64,000 nucleotides of DNA from Candidatus Bathyarchaeia archaeon (GTDB taxonomy: Archaea > Thermoproteota > Bathyarchaeia > Bathyarchaeales > Bathycorpusculaceae). Position 1 is the stretch's first letter; each line of letters begins with the position of its first letter. Positions 8,790-17,902 of the stretch are shown in pieces. The notes beneath the pieces are model-generated. The model was not told the origin of the DNA and made no database searches. It saw only the letters and a list, made by a program, of their open reading frames with translations. Location of the stretch: NCBI GenBank assembly GCA_050010515.1, contig JBEKKX010000022.1, positions 1-64,000 on the forward strand, in the 5' to 3' direction. The translations under genes and the position numbers were made by a program.

Positions 8790-9551
8790 TTGTCATATAG
8801 AGGTAAACCTAAAGGCTCTTACGGTCAACAGAGGCATGGAACAAGCACTTTTAAAAGTTTTGGCAAGGGAAAACCAAACGCTGATACGTTGAAAGCGCTC
8901 AGGTCTTTTGAGCACACTTCAGATCAACATTCTGCTAAAGACCTTATGAAGTTCGCGGAGATAACGCCTACCGTCATTGTGTACTTGCAAGCATGGAGAG
9001 GCATAAGCAACAGTGAAATGAAAAGAATCATGGAGAGCAAAGGCGATAAGGCTAAAGCTGAAAAATTGGCTCTGATTGCACGTCGACGGGGTTCTGCCAA
9101 ACTTATGATTCAGGATAACAGCAAAAAAGGCAAGGTTTCCCGACATCATTTCAAGATTGTTAAAAAGAAAGCTACTAAAGAACCTGAGAAGGCTAAAGAA
9201 ATCGTTAAAGAGGCTGAAAAGGAACTTGCAAAAGCAGAGACTAAAATCATAAAAGAAGAGTCTCATTTACCCTCTGAAAAAGAGATTCTTGACCGAGCAC
9301 AGCAACTTTATCAAAAAGAGAACTTTAAAGGCAAATACGAAGATAGCGCGGTTGAACAACTACCAACAAAAGGCGAACTTAGCGAAGAGGGCTATCTGCA
9401 AGCTGCCAAACTTGATTTAATGACGAAAACAGATACAAAGGCGTCAAGAGATGTCATGGATTACGTCGAAGGCATAAAAAACGAGCTAGAAAAAATCGGT
9501 TTCACGGTTGAACCGCTCGCGGGTTTTGACGTCACAGACCTAAAATATTAA
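8790..9551 (+). CDS. Lys-rich hypothetical protein with MSYRG N-terminus and probable coiled coil
   Basis: 253-aa ORF with a K/E-rich helix. Confidence 0.75.
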   Translation: MSYRGKPKGSYGQQRHGTSTFKSFGKGKPNADTLKALRSFEHTSDQHSAKDLMKFAEITPTVIVYLQAWRGISNSEMKRIMESKGDKAKAEKLALIARRRGSAKLMIQDNSKKGKVSRHHFKIVKKKATKEPEKAKEIVKEAEKELAKAETKIIKEESHLPSEKEILDRAQQLYQKENFKGKYEDSAVEQLPTKGELSEEGYLQAAKLDLMTKTDTKASRDVMDYVEGIKNELEKIGFTVEPLAGFDVTDLKY

Positions 9552-9592
9552 TCCCTTTTTTCTTTTGTTTTTTCTATTAAAGGCGTCTAAAA

Positions 9593-10864
9593 ATGAAACT
9601 GAAGAAACTTAGCGTAATAATCGTTCTTTCGGTCTTAGTGTTATCTTGTTTTTGCTTTTCTCAAATTAACTTAACTCACGCTCAATATGTCAATGATGCG
9701 ATAACAAGTACGGTCACTGGGTTATCTACTCCGTATTGTGTAGCTATAACGCCTAACGGTCAATACGCTTATGTCAGTAATGAGTATCATAACACCGTTT
9801 CAGTTATTAGCACATCCTTAAACTCAATAGTTGCAACTGTTACGGGATTTTCAAACGCTGTCGAAGGGTTAGCCGTCACTCCCGACGGAAACTATGTTTA
9901 TGTTTGCAATTTTGACGCTAACAACGTTTTAGTGATAAGCACTAGCTCCAATACGGTAACAGCCACAATAACGGGGTTAGATCAACCTTACAGCATAGCT
10001 ATTTCAGGTCAATACGCTTACGTTGCTAACGACGGGGATAATACGGTTTCAGTGATAAGCACTAGCTCTAACACGATTGTTGCTACAGTGACGGGTTTAG
10101 GAAACACGCCTAACGGTATCGCCATTAACGGAAACTATGCGTATGTGGCAAACGCAGGGAGTAGCACCGTTTCAGTTATCAGCACATCCTCAAACTCGGT
10201 TGTTGCTACCATATCAGGGTTAGATGATCCTCAAGGAATAGCTATTACTCCCAACGGAAACTATGCCGTTGTATCAAATTTTGAGGGTAACGACTTAACC
10301 GTTATCAGTATAGCTTCTAACTCGATTGTTGCTACAGTGTCAGGGTTAGATAATCCCGATTGGGTAGCTGTAACTCCGAATAGTCAATACGCTATCGCTG
10401 TCAATAGCGCTACTCCGAGCACAGCGTCCGTTATAGATTTAACTTCAGATACCCTTGTTGACACCGTATCGGGATTAAATGGGCCTCAAGGAATAGCCAT
10501 TACTCCAAACGGAAACTACGCTTATGTAACAAACTGGGGAGTAAGTTTTGACGGAACTACCGTTTCAGTAATTAGTATCAGCTATGTTTCAGAGCCGAGC
10601 CCTACGCCTTCGAGCCCTACACCTTCACCTAGTCCTGGTGGTGGTTCAGGGAGTTATCCTACACCTTGGCCCAGTTCAGAGCCGACTATTAGCCCTACTC
10701 CCGTCGTTACGCCTATCGTTACCAATGTTAAAAGTTGGTTTACGAATACTTTGTTATTTGAGGTTATAGGTGTTATCGCATTTTTTGGGCTCTTATCTTT
10801 CGTAGCTTTTTCTGTCACGCATAAGCATCCTGCAAGGCGTCGTCATTCAAAACGTCGTCACTAA
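9593..10864 (+). CDS. YVTN/YncE-type beta-propeller surface protein
   Basis: Signal peptide, about 7 repeats of P.GIAITPNG.YAYV.N...TVSVIST, Pro/Ser/Thr linker, C-terminal TM and basic tail. Confidence 0.9.
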   Translation: MKLKKLSVIIVLSVLVLSCFCFSQINLTHAQYVNDAITSTVTGLSTPYCVAITPNGQYAYVSNEYHNTVSVISTSLNSIVATVTGFSNAVEGLAVTPDGNYVYVCNFDANNVLVISTSSNTVTATITGLDQPYSIAISGQYAYVANDGDNTVSVISTSSNTIVATVTGLGNTPNGIAINGNYAYVANAGSSTVSVISTSSNSVVATISGLDDPQGIAITPNGNYAVVSNFEGNDLTVISIASNSIVATVSGLDNPDWVAVTPNSQYAIAVNSATPSTASVIDLTSDTLVDTVSGLNGPQGIAITPNGNYAYVTNWGVSFDGTTVSVISISYVSEPSPTPSSPTPSPSPGGGSGSYPTPWPSSEPTISPTPVVTPIVTNVKSWFTNTLLFEVIGVIAFFGLLSFVAFSVTHKHPARRRHSKRRH

Positions 10865-10901
10865 CCCTTTTTCTTGTTTTTCTATTAGAGATGTAATTAC
10901 A

Positions 10902-11720
10902 TTGAACGTTCAATTAAAATTTAAAAACAAAAAAGCGATTGTGGCTATTGCATTTCTGCTTTGTTTAAGCGCTGCTTTTCTTAACCTCTCGTTAGTTCAC
11001 GCTACCACTGATTCCACACCAACATCAACAAGCTCTTTCAACGATTGGAACGGTGAAGTTTACTTTTGCCCTATTATCGCAACTAGCTCAGGACCGTTGC
11101 AATCTGTTGGCGTCGAGTTAGGCGCTGTATCGGGAAATGTAGAAACCGCTCTATACAGCACGTTTAGCGGTACTCAAATTAGCGGTTTAATCGGTGAATC
11201 TTCTTCGACTGTTGCTACTTCAGGATGGGATGATTTAGCTATACCTAGTGACTATTCGATTGTTCCTGGACAAACCTATTACTTAAGTGTACAAGTGGAC
11301 AATGTTAACACGGTCATATACGAGACTGGTTCTGTAAACATGTATGAAATCTATAACTATGCTTATGGCAGCTTCCCAACTTCTACGCCTTCAGTCACGG
11401 TTACAAGTACATGCCTTTGTATGAGAATGACTTATGGCAGTACCGTTCAAGCTACGCCTACACCGACACCTTATCAAGCTCCAACACCGACGCCTTACGG
11501 CACTCAACCGACACCTTATCAATATCCAACACCGACTCCAACAACTTACAATTATGGGCCTACTCCAACACCTGCAACCGTTTATGTGCTCGGTTACGGT
11601 TTTAGCGACACTGATCTTCTAATTATTGTTGTGGCTATCGCTATTATCTGTGTTTGCGGTGCTTATGTCGGCTGGTCTATCAATCAAGGCAATAAACACA
11701 AAGGCAGAAAACACCATTAA
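10902..11720 (+). CDS. membrane-anchored surface protein
   Basis: Signal peptide, beta-rich domain, PTPTPY linker, C-terminal TM and basic tail. Confidence 0.8.
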   Translation: MNVQLKFKNKKAIVAIAFLLCLSAAFLNLSLVHATTDSTPTSTSSFNDWNGEVYFCPIIATSSGPLQSVGVELGAVSGNVETALYSTFSGTQISGLIGESSSTVATSGWDDLAIPSDYSIVPGQTYYLSVQVDNVNTVIYETGSVNMYEIYNYAYGSFPTSTPSVTVTSTCLCMRMTYGSTVQATPTPTPYQAPTPTPYGTQPTPYQYPTPTPTTYNYGPTPTPATVYVLGYGFSDTDLLIIVVAIAIICVCGAYVGWSINQGNKHKGRKHH

Positions 11721-11751
11721 AGAATAGCCCTTTTTCCCTTTTTTAAAAAAT

Positions 11752-11834
11752 GTAACTAAGCCCCTTACAACTGTCGCAGAAAGTCTGCTCAGCTGAATAT
11801 TTTTCACTCGGGTACTAAGCCTTCTGGATTGCCC
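11752..11834 (-). repeat. long inverted repeat, right copy (83 bp)
   Basis: Reverse complement of 7480-7565. Confidence 0.95.
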
Positions 11835-11910
11835 ACATTGGTGTATCTATTTTCCCGGACGCATGTATTATTTAGGACATTTCCCTTTTTTCTATTGTTA
11901 GGTGTTACGA

Positions 11911-13641
11911 TTGAAACTCAAGAAACTCTTAGTTATCTCTCTAATTACGCTACTCTGTCTCTCAGTTTTAGTTAGTCTTTCAACGATTCCAATGGCTCAC
12001 GCTCAGAGCTATAATATTCAATCTATTCAAGGCCCTATCACTGGAGAGGCTGATAGCGGAACAACCGTAACGTTCACGCTTAACTCTGCACCTATTAGCG
12101 GTGACCTTTTGATTGCATGTATTGGAGGTACGGGTTCTGCAGGTGAAAGTATATCGAGTATCACGGAAACGGGAGTTACATGGACGCCTCAAGAAACTAA
12201 TACTGCTAATACGGGTTTTGTGACAGCTATTTGGGCTGGAGTAGTAGGTTCTGGAGCTGTAAAAGGAGGCACCGTTACTTTTAGTCAAACATTAAACGGT
12301 GGTACTTTCGCGTATGTTGACGAGTATTCAGGGCTTTTGACAACTGGGTTTTTAGACAAAATTAATCTTGCGTCAGGTACAAGTACAACGGCTGCCACTG
12401 GAACAACAGCCACAACAAGCGATGCTAACGAGCTAGCTATTGGTGTCATATTTGGTGGCGAGGTCTTTAGCTCTCAAACTAACGGATTCACGCCTTACGG
12501 CAATACGGTGTATGACTATGACGCTATGGTTTATTTGTCACTGATTGTTAGTCAAACGGGAGCTCAAAGCTGTAGCATGACTCAAGCAAACGGCTATACC
12601 TTTCAAGGTTGTATTGCCACTTTTATCGCTGCTGCTGTAGTTACTACCGCTCAAATTATTTTCACTTCTAACCCGACTGGGAGCGGATTCATAACTGTTA
12701 ACGGAACGGCAGAGACAACGCCTTACACAATCGCCTCTGCTAACATAGGTGACACTTACGACATTTCAGCGAATACTCCAGCAAACACAGTGACGAATGA
12801 AACCCAATATGTTTTTACTCAATGGGCTTCGACTTCGATAGGTACTAAAACAACCGCGAGTTATGCTTATGTTGTGCCTGCAGTTGGAGAGACTGTTACA
12901 GCGTCTTTTACTGAGCAATACGCTATAGCTCCGTCCTCTGATTCTGATTCTTCTCTTACGCCTTCGACTGTGACCTGGGTTAACTCTGGAGGCAATCAGC
13001 TTTTCAGTTACACGGCTAACACTGGGTATGCTATAGCAACCGTTATGATTGACGGTGTACCGTTTTCGATAACTGGGAGTTATCAGTTTTCCGATGTCGT
13101 AACCTATCACACTATTTTAGTCACTTCGATAAGTACAGCAACACCGACAGCGCCGCCTAGTGGATCAACAGGGGGAGGTACTTATCCGAATCCTCCGACT
13201 GGAACTTTAACCGTGAGTAATGTAGCTCTCGGATATTTCAGCGTGAATCAAACAGGGTCAGCTAGTCTAACGCTAACTTTTACTGATAACTCTTGGACGG
13301 TTGAAAGCGTAACTTTCGGAACTCCGTTTAGCACTTGGGTTTCTGCCAATGTGCCGTCGGGTCAATTTACGGCTGGAGTGTTGCATGTACCTATAAGCTA
13401 TGCAGTTCCTTCTTACATGACTACTGGAATATTCACTGGAACGGTCACGGTAGTTGTGCAGGATGCTTGTGGAACAACCTATACGGGTACTTCTAAAATC
13501 ACGATTACCATTTTGCCGACTCCCGTAACTAACATCATGGGCTATATACACGCTCACCTTTTGCTTGTTTGTGTAGCTGCCATTATCTTTGTCTTAGCTA
13601 TTTGTGGCTTAATTGCTACGTTCTCAAGGCGCCGCCATTAA
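11911..13641 (+). CDS. large Ser/Thr-rich adhesin-like surface protein
   Basis: MKLKK signal peptide like the 9593 protein (TTG 11911 preferred over 11902), beta-rich domains, C-terminal TM and RRRH. Confidence 0.8.
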   Translation: MKLKKLLVISLITLLCLSVLVSLSTIPMAHAQSYNIQSIQGPITGEADSGTTVTFTLNSAPISGDLLIACIGGTGSAGESISSITETGVTWTPQETNTANTGFVTAIWAGVVGSGAVKGGTVTFSQTLNGGTFAYVDEYSGLLTTGFLDKINLASGTSTTAATGTTATTSDANELAIGVIFGGEVFSSQTNGFTPYGNTVYDYDAMVYLSLIVSQTGAQSCSMTQANGYTFQGCIATFIAAAVVTTAQIIFTSNPTGSGFITVNGTAETTPYTIASANIGDTYDISANTPANTVTNETQYVFTQWASTSIGTKTTASYAYVVPAVGETVTASFTEQYAIAPSSDSDSSLTPSTVTWVNSGGNQLFSYTANTGYAIATVMIDGVPFSITGSYQFSDVVTYHTILVTSISTATPTAPPSGSTGGGTYPNPPTGTLTVSNVALGYFSVNQTGSASLTLTFTDNSWTVESVTFGTPFSTWVSANVPSGQFTAGVLHVPISYAVPSYMTTGIFTGTVTVVVQDACGTTYTGTSKITITILPTPVTNIMGYIHAHLLLVCVAAIIFVLAICGLIATFSRRRH

Positions 13642-13955
13642 ACCTCTTTTCTTTTAAGTTTCTTTTTCTTATGGAGTGGCCAAAGGGTTTCTTCAGCCTT
13701 AATTTCTTCACGTATTTTGTCAACAACATCTTTCCCTAAAGCATTTTCAACACGCTCAGAAGCTGAAAGTGTAGATTTATCTGAACCCCCATGAGGAACT
13801 TGTTTGAACTCGTCGTGGAGATACCCTATGACGGTGGATCTTTCAAGACCTATAACTTCTACAATTTTCTCAATTATCTCGTTTTTATGTTGATTCTCAA
13901 AGCCAGAATGCACTTTGCAGGCTACTTCCAGTCCATGTATCAATGCTTTGCCCAT
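13638..13955 (-). pseudogene. HTH fragment resembling the ParB-like protein's HTH region
   Basis: KIVEVIGLERSTVIGYL versus EIVAKIGLSHTTVDRYY in 18977-19933. Confidence 0.4.
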
Positions 13956-14125
13956 TTGGGCTAAACATTGGTTGGAATCCCTTTTGACCTTGTCATCGGA
14001 GCTCTCGTTGGTGCGTAACGCATGCGGTACTTTTGAAATAGTTTTAGAAATGCAAAAACAAGTTTGCTTTTCAGTTATGGGAAAGTATCCATGCTTGAGT
14101 GTTTTAGAAGCTGAAAACCTTCAAG

Positions 14126-14773
14126 TTAGATTTCTTTTTCTCTTTCAGCTTTGTCAGAATCAACGGTTTTCCAGTTGGTTGCAGCATAACTGTTTCGTGG
14201 TATAGGTGCGTAAGAACCTGCTTGGTGTCGTTGTTCTTGCATGGACGCATAACTGTTTCTTGGGAGTCCTGCATAACTTACAGTTTTCAGCGTTAGCAAA
14301 TCCTGAAACAACAGGTTTACGTCCCGATTGTTTAATGTGGCCTCAAAACCTTTTGGAACAACCGGCTGTGGCTGCCATTTCTTTCCTCTCTCCAAATCGT
14401 AATCCGCCTTGAAATCATAGAACTCTGGGGTAATAAAAACGGGTGCCTCAATCTTAACGTCATTCTGATTTTTCAAATAAGTTATGCGAGCTCTAAACTG
14501 AGGCTCTCGGTTGTAGTGAACTTTGTATCTCCGATAACTTGTTACGCCTTGAAACCCTCTTCCAGCTAAATGTTTTTCTACTGAAACAACAGCGGTTTCT
14601 TGTTGATAATCCTGCCAGATATGCCTTGCAGCGACAAGCAACACATTATTTTTTAAATCACTCCAATCTACTATTCTATCCTCATAGACCGTGAGGACGA
14701 CAACAATTTTAAATTTGTGAGCCTTCCTTTTTCCAGGTCTTAGAATCTGTGCGTACACCGAGTAGTCTGGCAT
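14126..14773 (-). CDS. hypothetical protein with a C-terminal SYAxxPRNSYA duplication
   Basis: 215-aa ORF with upstream motif and GGAG SD. Confidence 0.7.
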   Translation of the reverse strand: MPDYSVYAQILRPGKRKAHKFKIVVVLTVYEDRIVDWSDLKNNVLLVAARHIWQDYQQETAVVSVEKHLAGRGFQGVTSYRRYKVHYNREPQFRARITYLKNQNDVKIEAPVFITPEFYDFKADYDLERGKKWQPQPVVPKGFEATLNNRDVNLLFQDLLTLKTVSYAGLPRNSYASMQEQRHQAGSYAPIPRNSYAATNWKTVDSDKAEREKEI

Positions 14774-14852
14774 AATTTATTTCTCCAATAGAAAAATAAT
14801 AGAACCTATGTTTGGATGGCTTAAGGGTTTTTAACTCAAAAAGGCATACAAG

Positions 14853-14870
14853 TCCGTTGCCTGCAACGGA
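14853..14870. promoter_or_regulatory. palindromic operator-like site between divergent genes
   Basis: TCCGTTGC-CT-GCAACGGA. Confidence 0.5.
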
Positions 14871-14951
14871 TACCGAACTGCTTCAGAACTAGCCTATCAT
14901 TTTAGAGATTATCCATGCGTTACTAAGCAAACATTTTTCTATTGAACGCTT

Positions 14952-16043
14952 ATGTCAGCAATAGAGAAAGAACTAGGTGAAGAGGTTGCTAAGTTTCTAA
15001 GGGCTATCTCTCCGTCTAACCCTGAAGCACCGGATAAGCTGGGTCCTTCCGCTCAAACATATTATCCTGGGCTAGGTTGGTTTCAGCGTTACCTTGTTGA
15101 ACAATCCCTTTCTAAAGAATCTGCTTTCCCTAGAATCAAGTCAATCCATCTTTTCCTAGTTGCTGTTAAGGCGGATGCAAAAATTGAGAACTCACTCAAG
15201 CGTTGTTTTCCTGATCGAGAGCTGCTTAAGACTTTTGCAACTAGCCTTCTTAAAGAGAACAAGGCGCCTAAAACTGTTAGGTCTTATGTCGGCTCAGTTC
15301 AATCTCTTGCTAAATACTTCGACATTCCAATTACTACAGCCTATAGCGATCTGCCTCCGGCTATTGCAGAGAACGAAAAATATCCCTGGAGTATTGAACA
15401 AGTCGGAGACTTCATTAAGTCTTTTGATTCACCGATGTATAGATGCCTTGGTGTTTGGTTCATTCAAACGGGTCTAAGCAATTACGATCTGTTGCACATG
15501 CCTTATAGCAAAATAAAAGAGCAGTACGAGAATAGCATCAACCCGTTCTGTCTCAATCTTGTGAGGCATAAAACGCGTAAGTTTGAAATCAAGTTTAGGG
15601 CCTTCATCGGTACTCTTGGCATTCGGTACTTTCGCACGTACTATGAGAGTTTGGATCATGCACTCTCGGATGATGATTTGATTTTTAATGTTAGCTCTGT
15701 AGCTGTTGAAAAGTATTTTGAGCGAAGGGCTAAAGAGTTTATATCTAAAGACAAACCGAAAGAGCGCAAGAAGAAAAGCAACTTAACCGTTAACCCCGTT
15801 GCAACCGTAGACGACCCTATTACCGCCACGTTGAAAAAGAAACGGAATCCAATGTGTCCTAGTTCTCTGCGAACTGGGTTTAGAACTTTCTTGAGTGACG
15901 GCAAGGTTACTAACTCAATCATTGAGTACCTCATGGGCCACAACCTAACAAGTGATCTGGAAAAGACATACACCAACAAGTCAGATGATTCATGGAGAAA
16001 GACTTGGCAAGAGTTTGAACCTCTATTAACCTTTCAGGTCTAA
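14952..16043 (+). CDS. second tyrosine recombinase-family protein with atypical active site
   Basis: APKTVRSY, QTGLS, RHKT, SSLRTGF, EYLMGH, KTY. Confidence 0.85.
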   Translation: MSAIEKELGEEVAKFLRAISPSNPEAPDKLGPSAQTYYPGLGWFQRYLVEQSLSKESAFPRIKSIHLFLVAVKADAKIENSLKRCFPDRELLKTFATSLLKENKAPKTVRSYVGSVQSLAKYFDIPITTAYSDLPPAIAENEKYPWSIEQVGDFIKSFDSPMYRCLGVWFIQTGLSNYDLLHMPYSKIKEQYENSINPFCLNLVRHKTRKFEIKFRAFIGTLGIRYFRTYYESLDHALSDDDLIFNVSSVAVEKYFERRAKEFISKDKPKERKKKSNLTVNPVATVDDPITATLKKKRNPMCPSSLRTGFRTFLSDGKVTNSIIEYLMGHNLTSDLEKTYTNKSDDSWRKTWQEFEPLLTFQV

Positions 16044-17032
16044 GCAATCTAGGGGGAGCTGGCTTCAAAAATCAGGGAAGTTGAGTAATTTTGTTAAAAA
16101 GTGTACAGCAGGCGGTACACTTTCTGACCGTATTGCATACTCACTTCTTAAATTTGACCATGAAACTCAAGATAAACTTGCTAAAGCTATCATAAATTAG
16201 CGGTAAGTCCAGTTGAGTTCAGTGCGGTAAAGAGTTTCTTGGTTTGGATTTGTGAGGCTTGTATCTCTCACCTGCCTACCATGTCGAACTTGGCGGATTT
16301 TATACTGTACTTGGTTCTGGAAAAATAACTTTTGTCTTTTCTCTATGGAAACGTGCACGTATATAACGTTTTTTCAGTTCAAAAAAATTTTTGTGAGTGA
16401 AACATACATCAAACGCTCTGTTTGTTTAGCTATAACTAAGCTAACACGTTTTACCATAGATAGAAAGAGCATACCCCCCAAACAAAATAGATTCGCACCC
16501 GCGATTTGCTTTTTCCTAGCGCTAGGTTAACAGTATTAGTGTTTCTCAGGGGCATCGCATAAAAAAATGTAACGCTGCCATATATAAGCCCGTCCATGCT
16601 TGAGGTACACGATTCAGGGATTTCAGCGTTATTTTTTGCTGTCAAAAACATAATCTCTATGGGAAACCAACATAGCAATAATGTAAACATAACATAAACC
16701 CTTACTTTTGGGGTTTTGTAATGCATAAATCCAGCTTTTCCATGAAAAGAATCTATTCAGTGGTAATTTAACCTATGGTGAAATAGCTAAATGTTGCGGT
16801 TATGTGTAAAATTGTGAGAAAAACGTAATCTTTGCCCTGAAAAAGTACGGAATCCGAGCCTAAATTAACCTTCTTTTGGGTTACTGTTTTCATTGTAACG
16901 CATAATTAGCCCAAAGAAAGATTGCTTTTTCAGTGGTTTTTACCCACTTACAGCGCCGAAATATCCTAGTCCATTTTGGACAGACCTATCCTGATTCTGT
17001 GAATAGTTATTTTTCTTATAGAAGGTAAGTAT

Positions 17033-17668
17033 ATGACAAATGAAATTGCAAAGTTTCCGTCTTGTGTCCGTGAGTTTATGGCTGAATTAAGCGGTTACAT
17101 TAAAGCAGACACAACAGTTGACAAATACTTGAAAACAAGCGATCCAGTAAGCATCAAGGATGGAATAGTGCGGATTAACATAAAGCATGAAGTTGCGGAA
17201 AGTGCTGCTAACTATAATCAATTTATCAAGGATTTTAAGGCTGCAAAACAGAAATATCATGCCTTGTCAAGCTACACGGACACCGTTGTACATGTTAAAC
17301 CTGTGCCAATTGAAGAGACAACAGTAAAATTCATGCCTAATTATTATATGCAAGGCGTCCACATTGAAATTTTGCTGAAAGACCTGGTGCTGGATAAGCT
17401 AGGCTATTTTTTTAACCCTGATTCCGAGTTATCTATACCGGATAGCATACAGATACTCCGAAATTGTGGGATGTCCGATATGGTCATCATGCGTAGCTTG
17501 GGTAGTCCAAGAACTACGTTTAATCGTTACTGTAAAATCTTAGATTCTAAAGGGGCCATGGGAGAAACCAAAATGGACACTAAAGAAACCAAAGAGGACA
17601 CGGCAAAAACCATTTTGGACACGTCTCAAACTGAGCAAAAAACCGAGTTAACCACTGTACCAAACTGA
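17033..17668 (+). CDS. hypothetical protein with probable HTH
   Basis: GMSDMVIMRSLGSPRTTFNRY helix-turn-helix-like segment. Confidence 0.65.
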   Translation: MTNEIAKFPSCVREFMAELSGYIKADTTVDKYLKTSDPVSIKDGIVRINIKHEVAESAANYNQFIKDFKAAKQKYHALSSYTDTVVHVKPVPIEETTVKFMPNYYMQGVHIEILLKDLVLDKLGYFFNPDSELSIPDSIQILRNCGMSDMVIMRSLGSPRTTFNRYCKILDSKGAMGETKMDTKETKEDTAKTILDTSQTEQKTELTTVPN

Positions 17669-17902
17669 AAGGAAGAGTGACCAAAACGGACAACCCTGTT
17701 TTACCTTGCCAAACACCAAAATTCAACGGCTGCAAAGGTTGTCAAGCTGTCAACTGTTGCACACGACGCTGTAGCCACTAAAAATTAGTTCTTTTTCTAA
17801 TAGGGATAAAACCCTGAGAGGCTGGGGATCGCTTTAAATCCGCTCAGCCGATAACTCACGGATTGATGAAAAAGCGGTTCCCAGTGTTTTTTTTTTGCAA
17901 GT

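Noticed and set aside
9713-10582. DNA repeats in the beta-propeller gene as a DGR template/variable pair
   Set aside because: They are explained by ~41-aa blade repeats; no reverse transcriptase is present and I saw no adenine-specific mismatch pattern.
7464-11841. Target-site duplication around the inverted-repeat cassette (CCCACAT..TGGT on both sides)
   Set aside because: The match is imperfect, overlaps the repeat end, and no transposase is present; insufficient to call a transposon.
7656-13641. Pleolipovirus structural block
   Set aside because: Size and membrane content fit loosely, but I see no downstream NTPase or recognisable spike homology; kept only as a hypothesis.
16252-16726. 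ORFs 16252-16530 (+) and 16451-16726 (-)
   Set aside because: They overlap on opposite strands with no motifs, so neither is supported.
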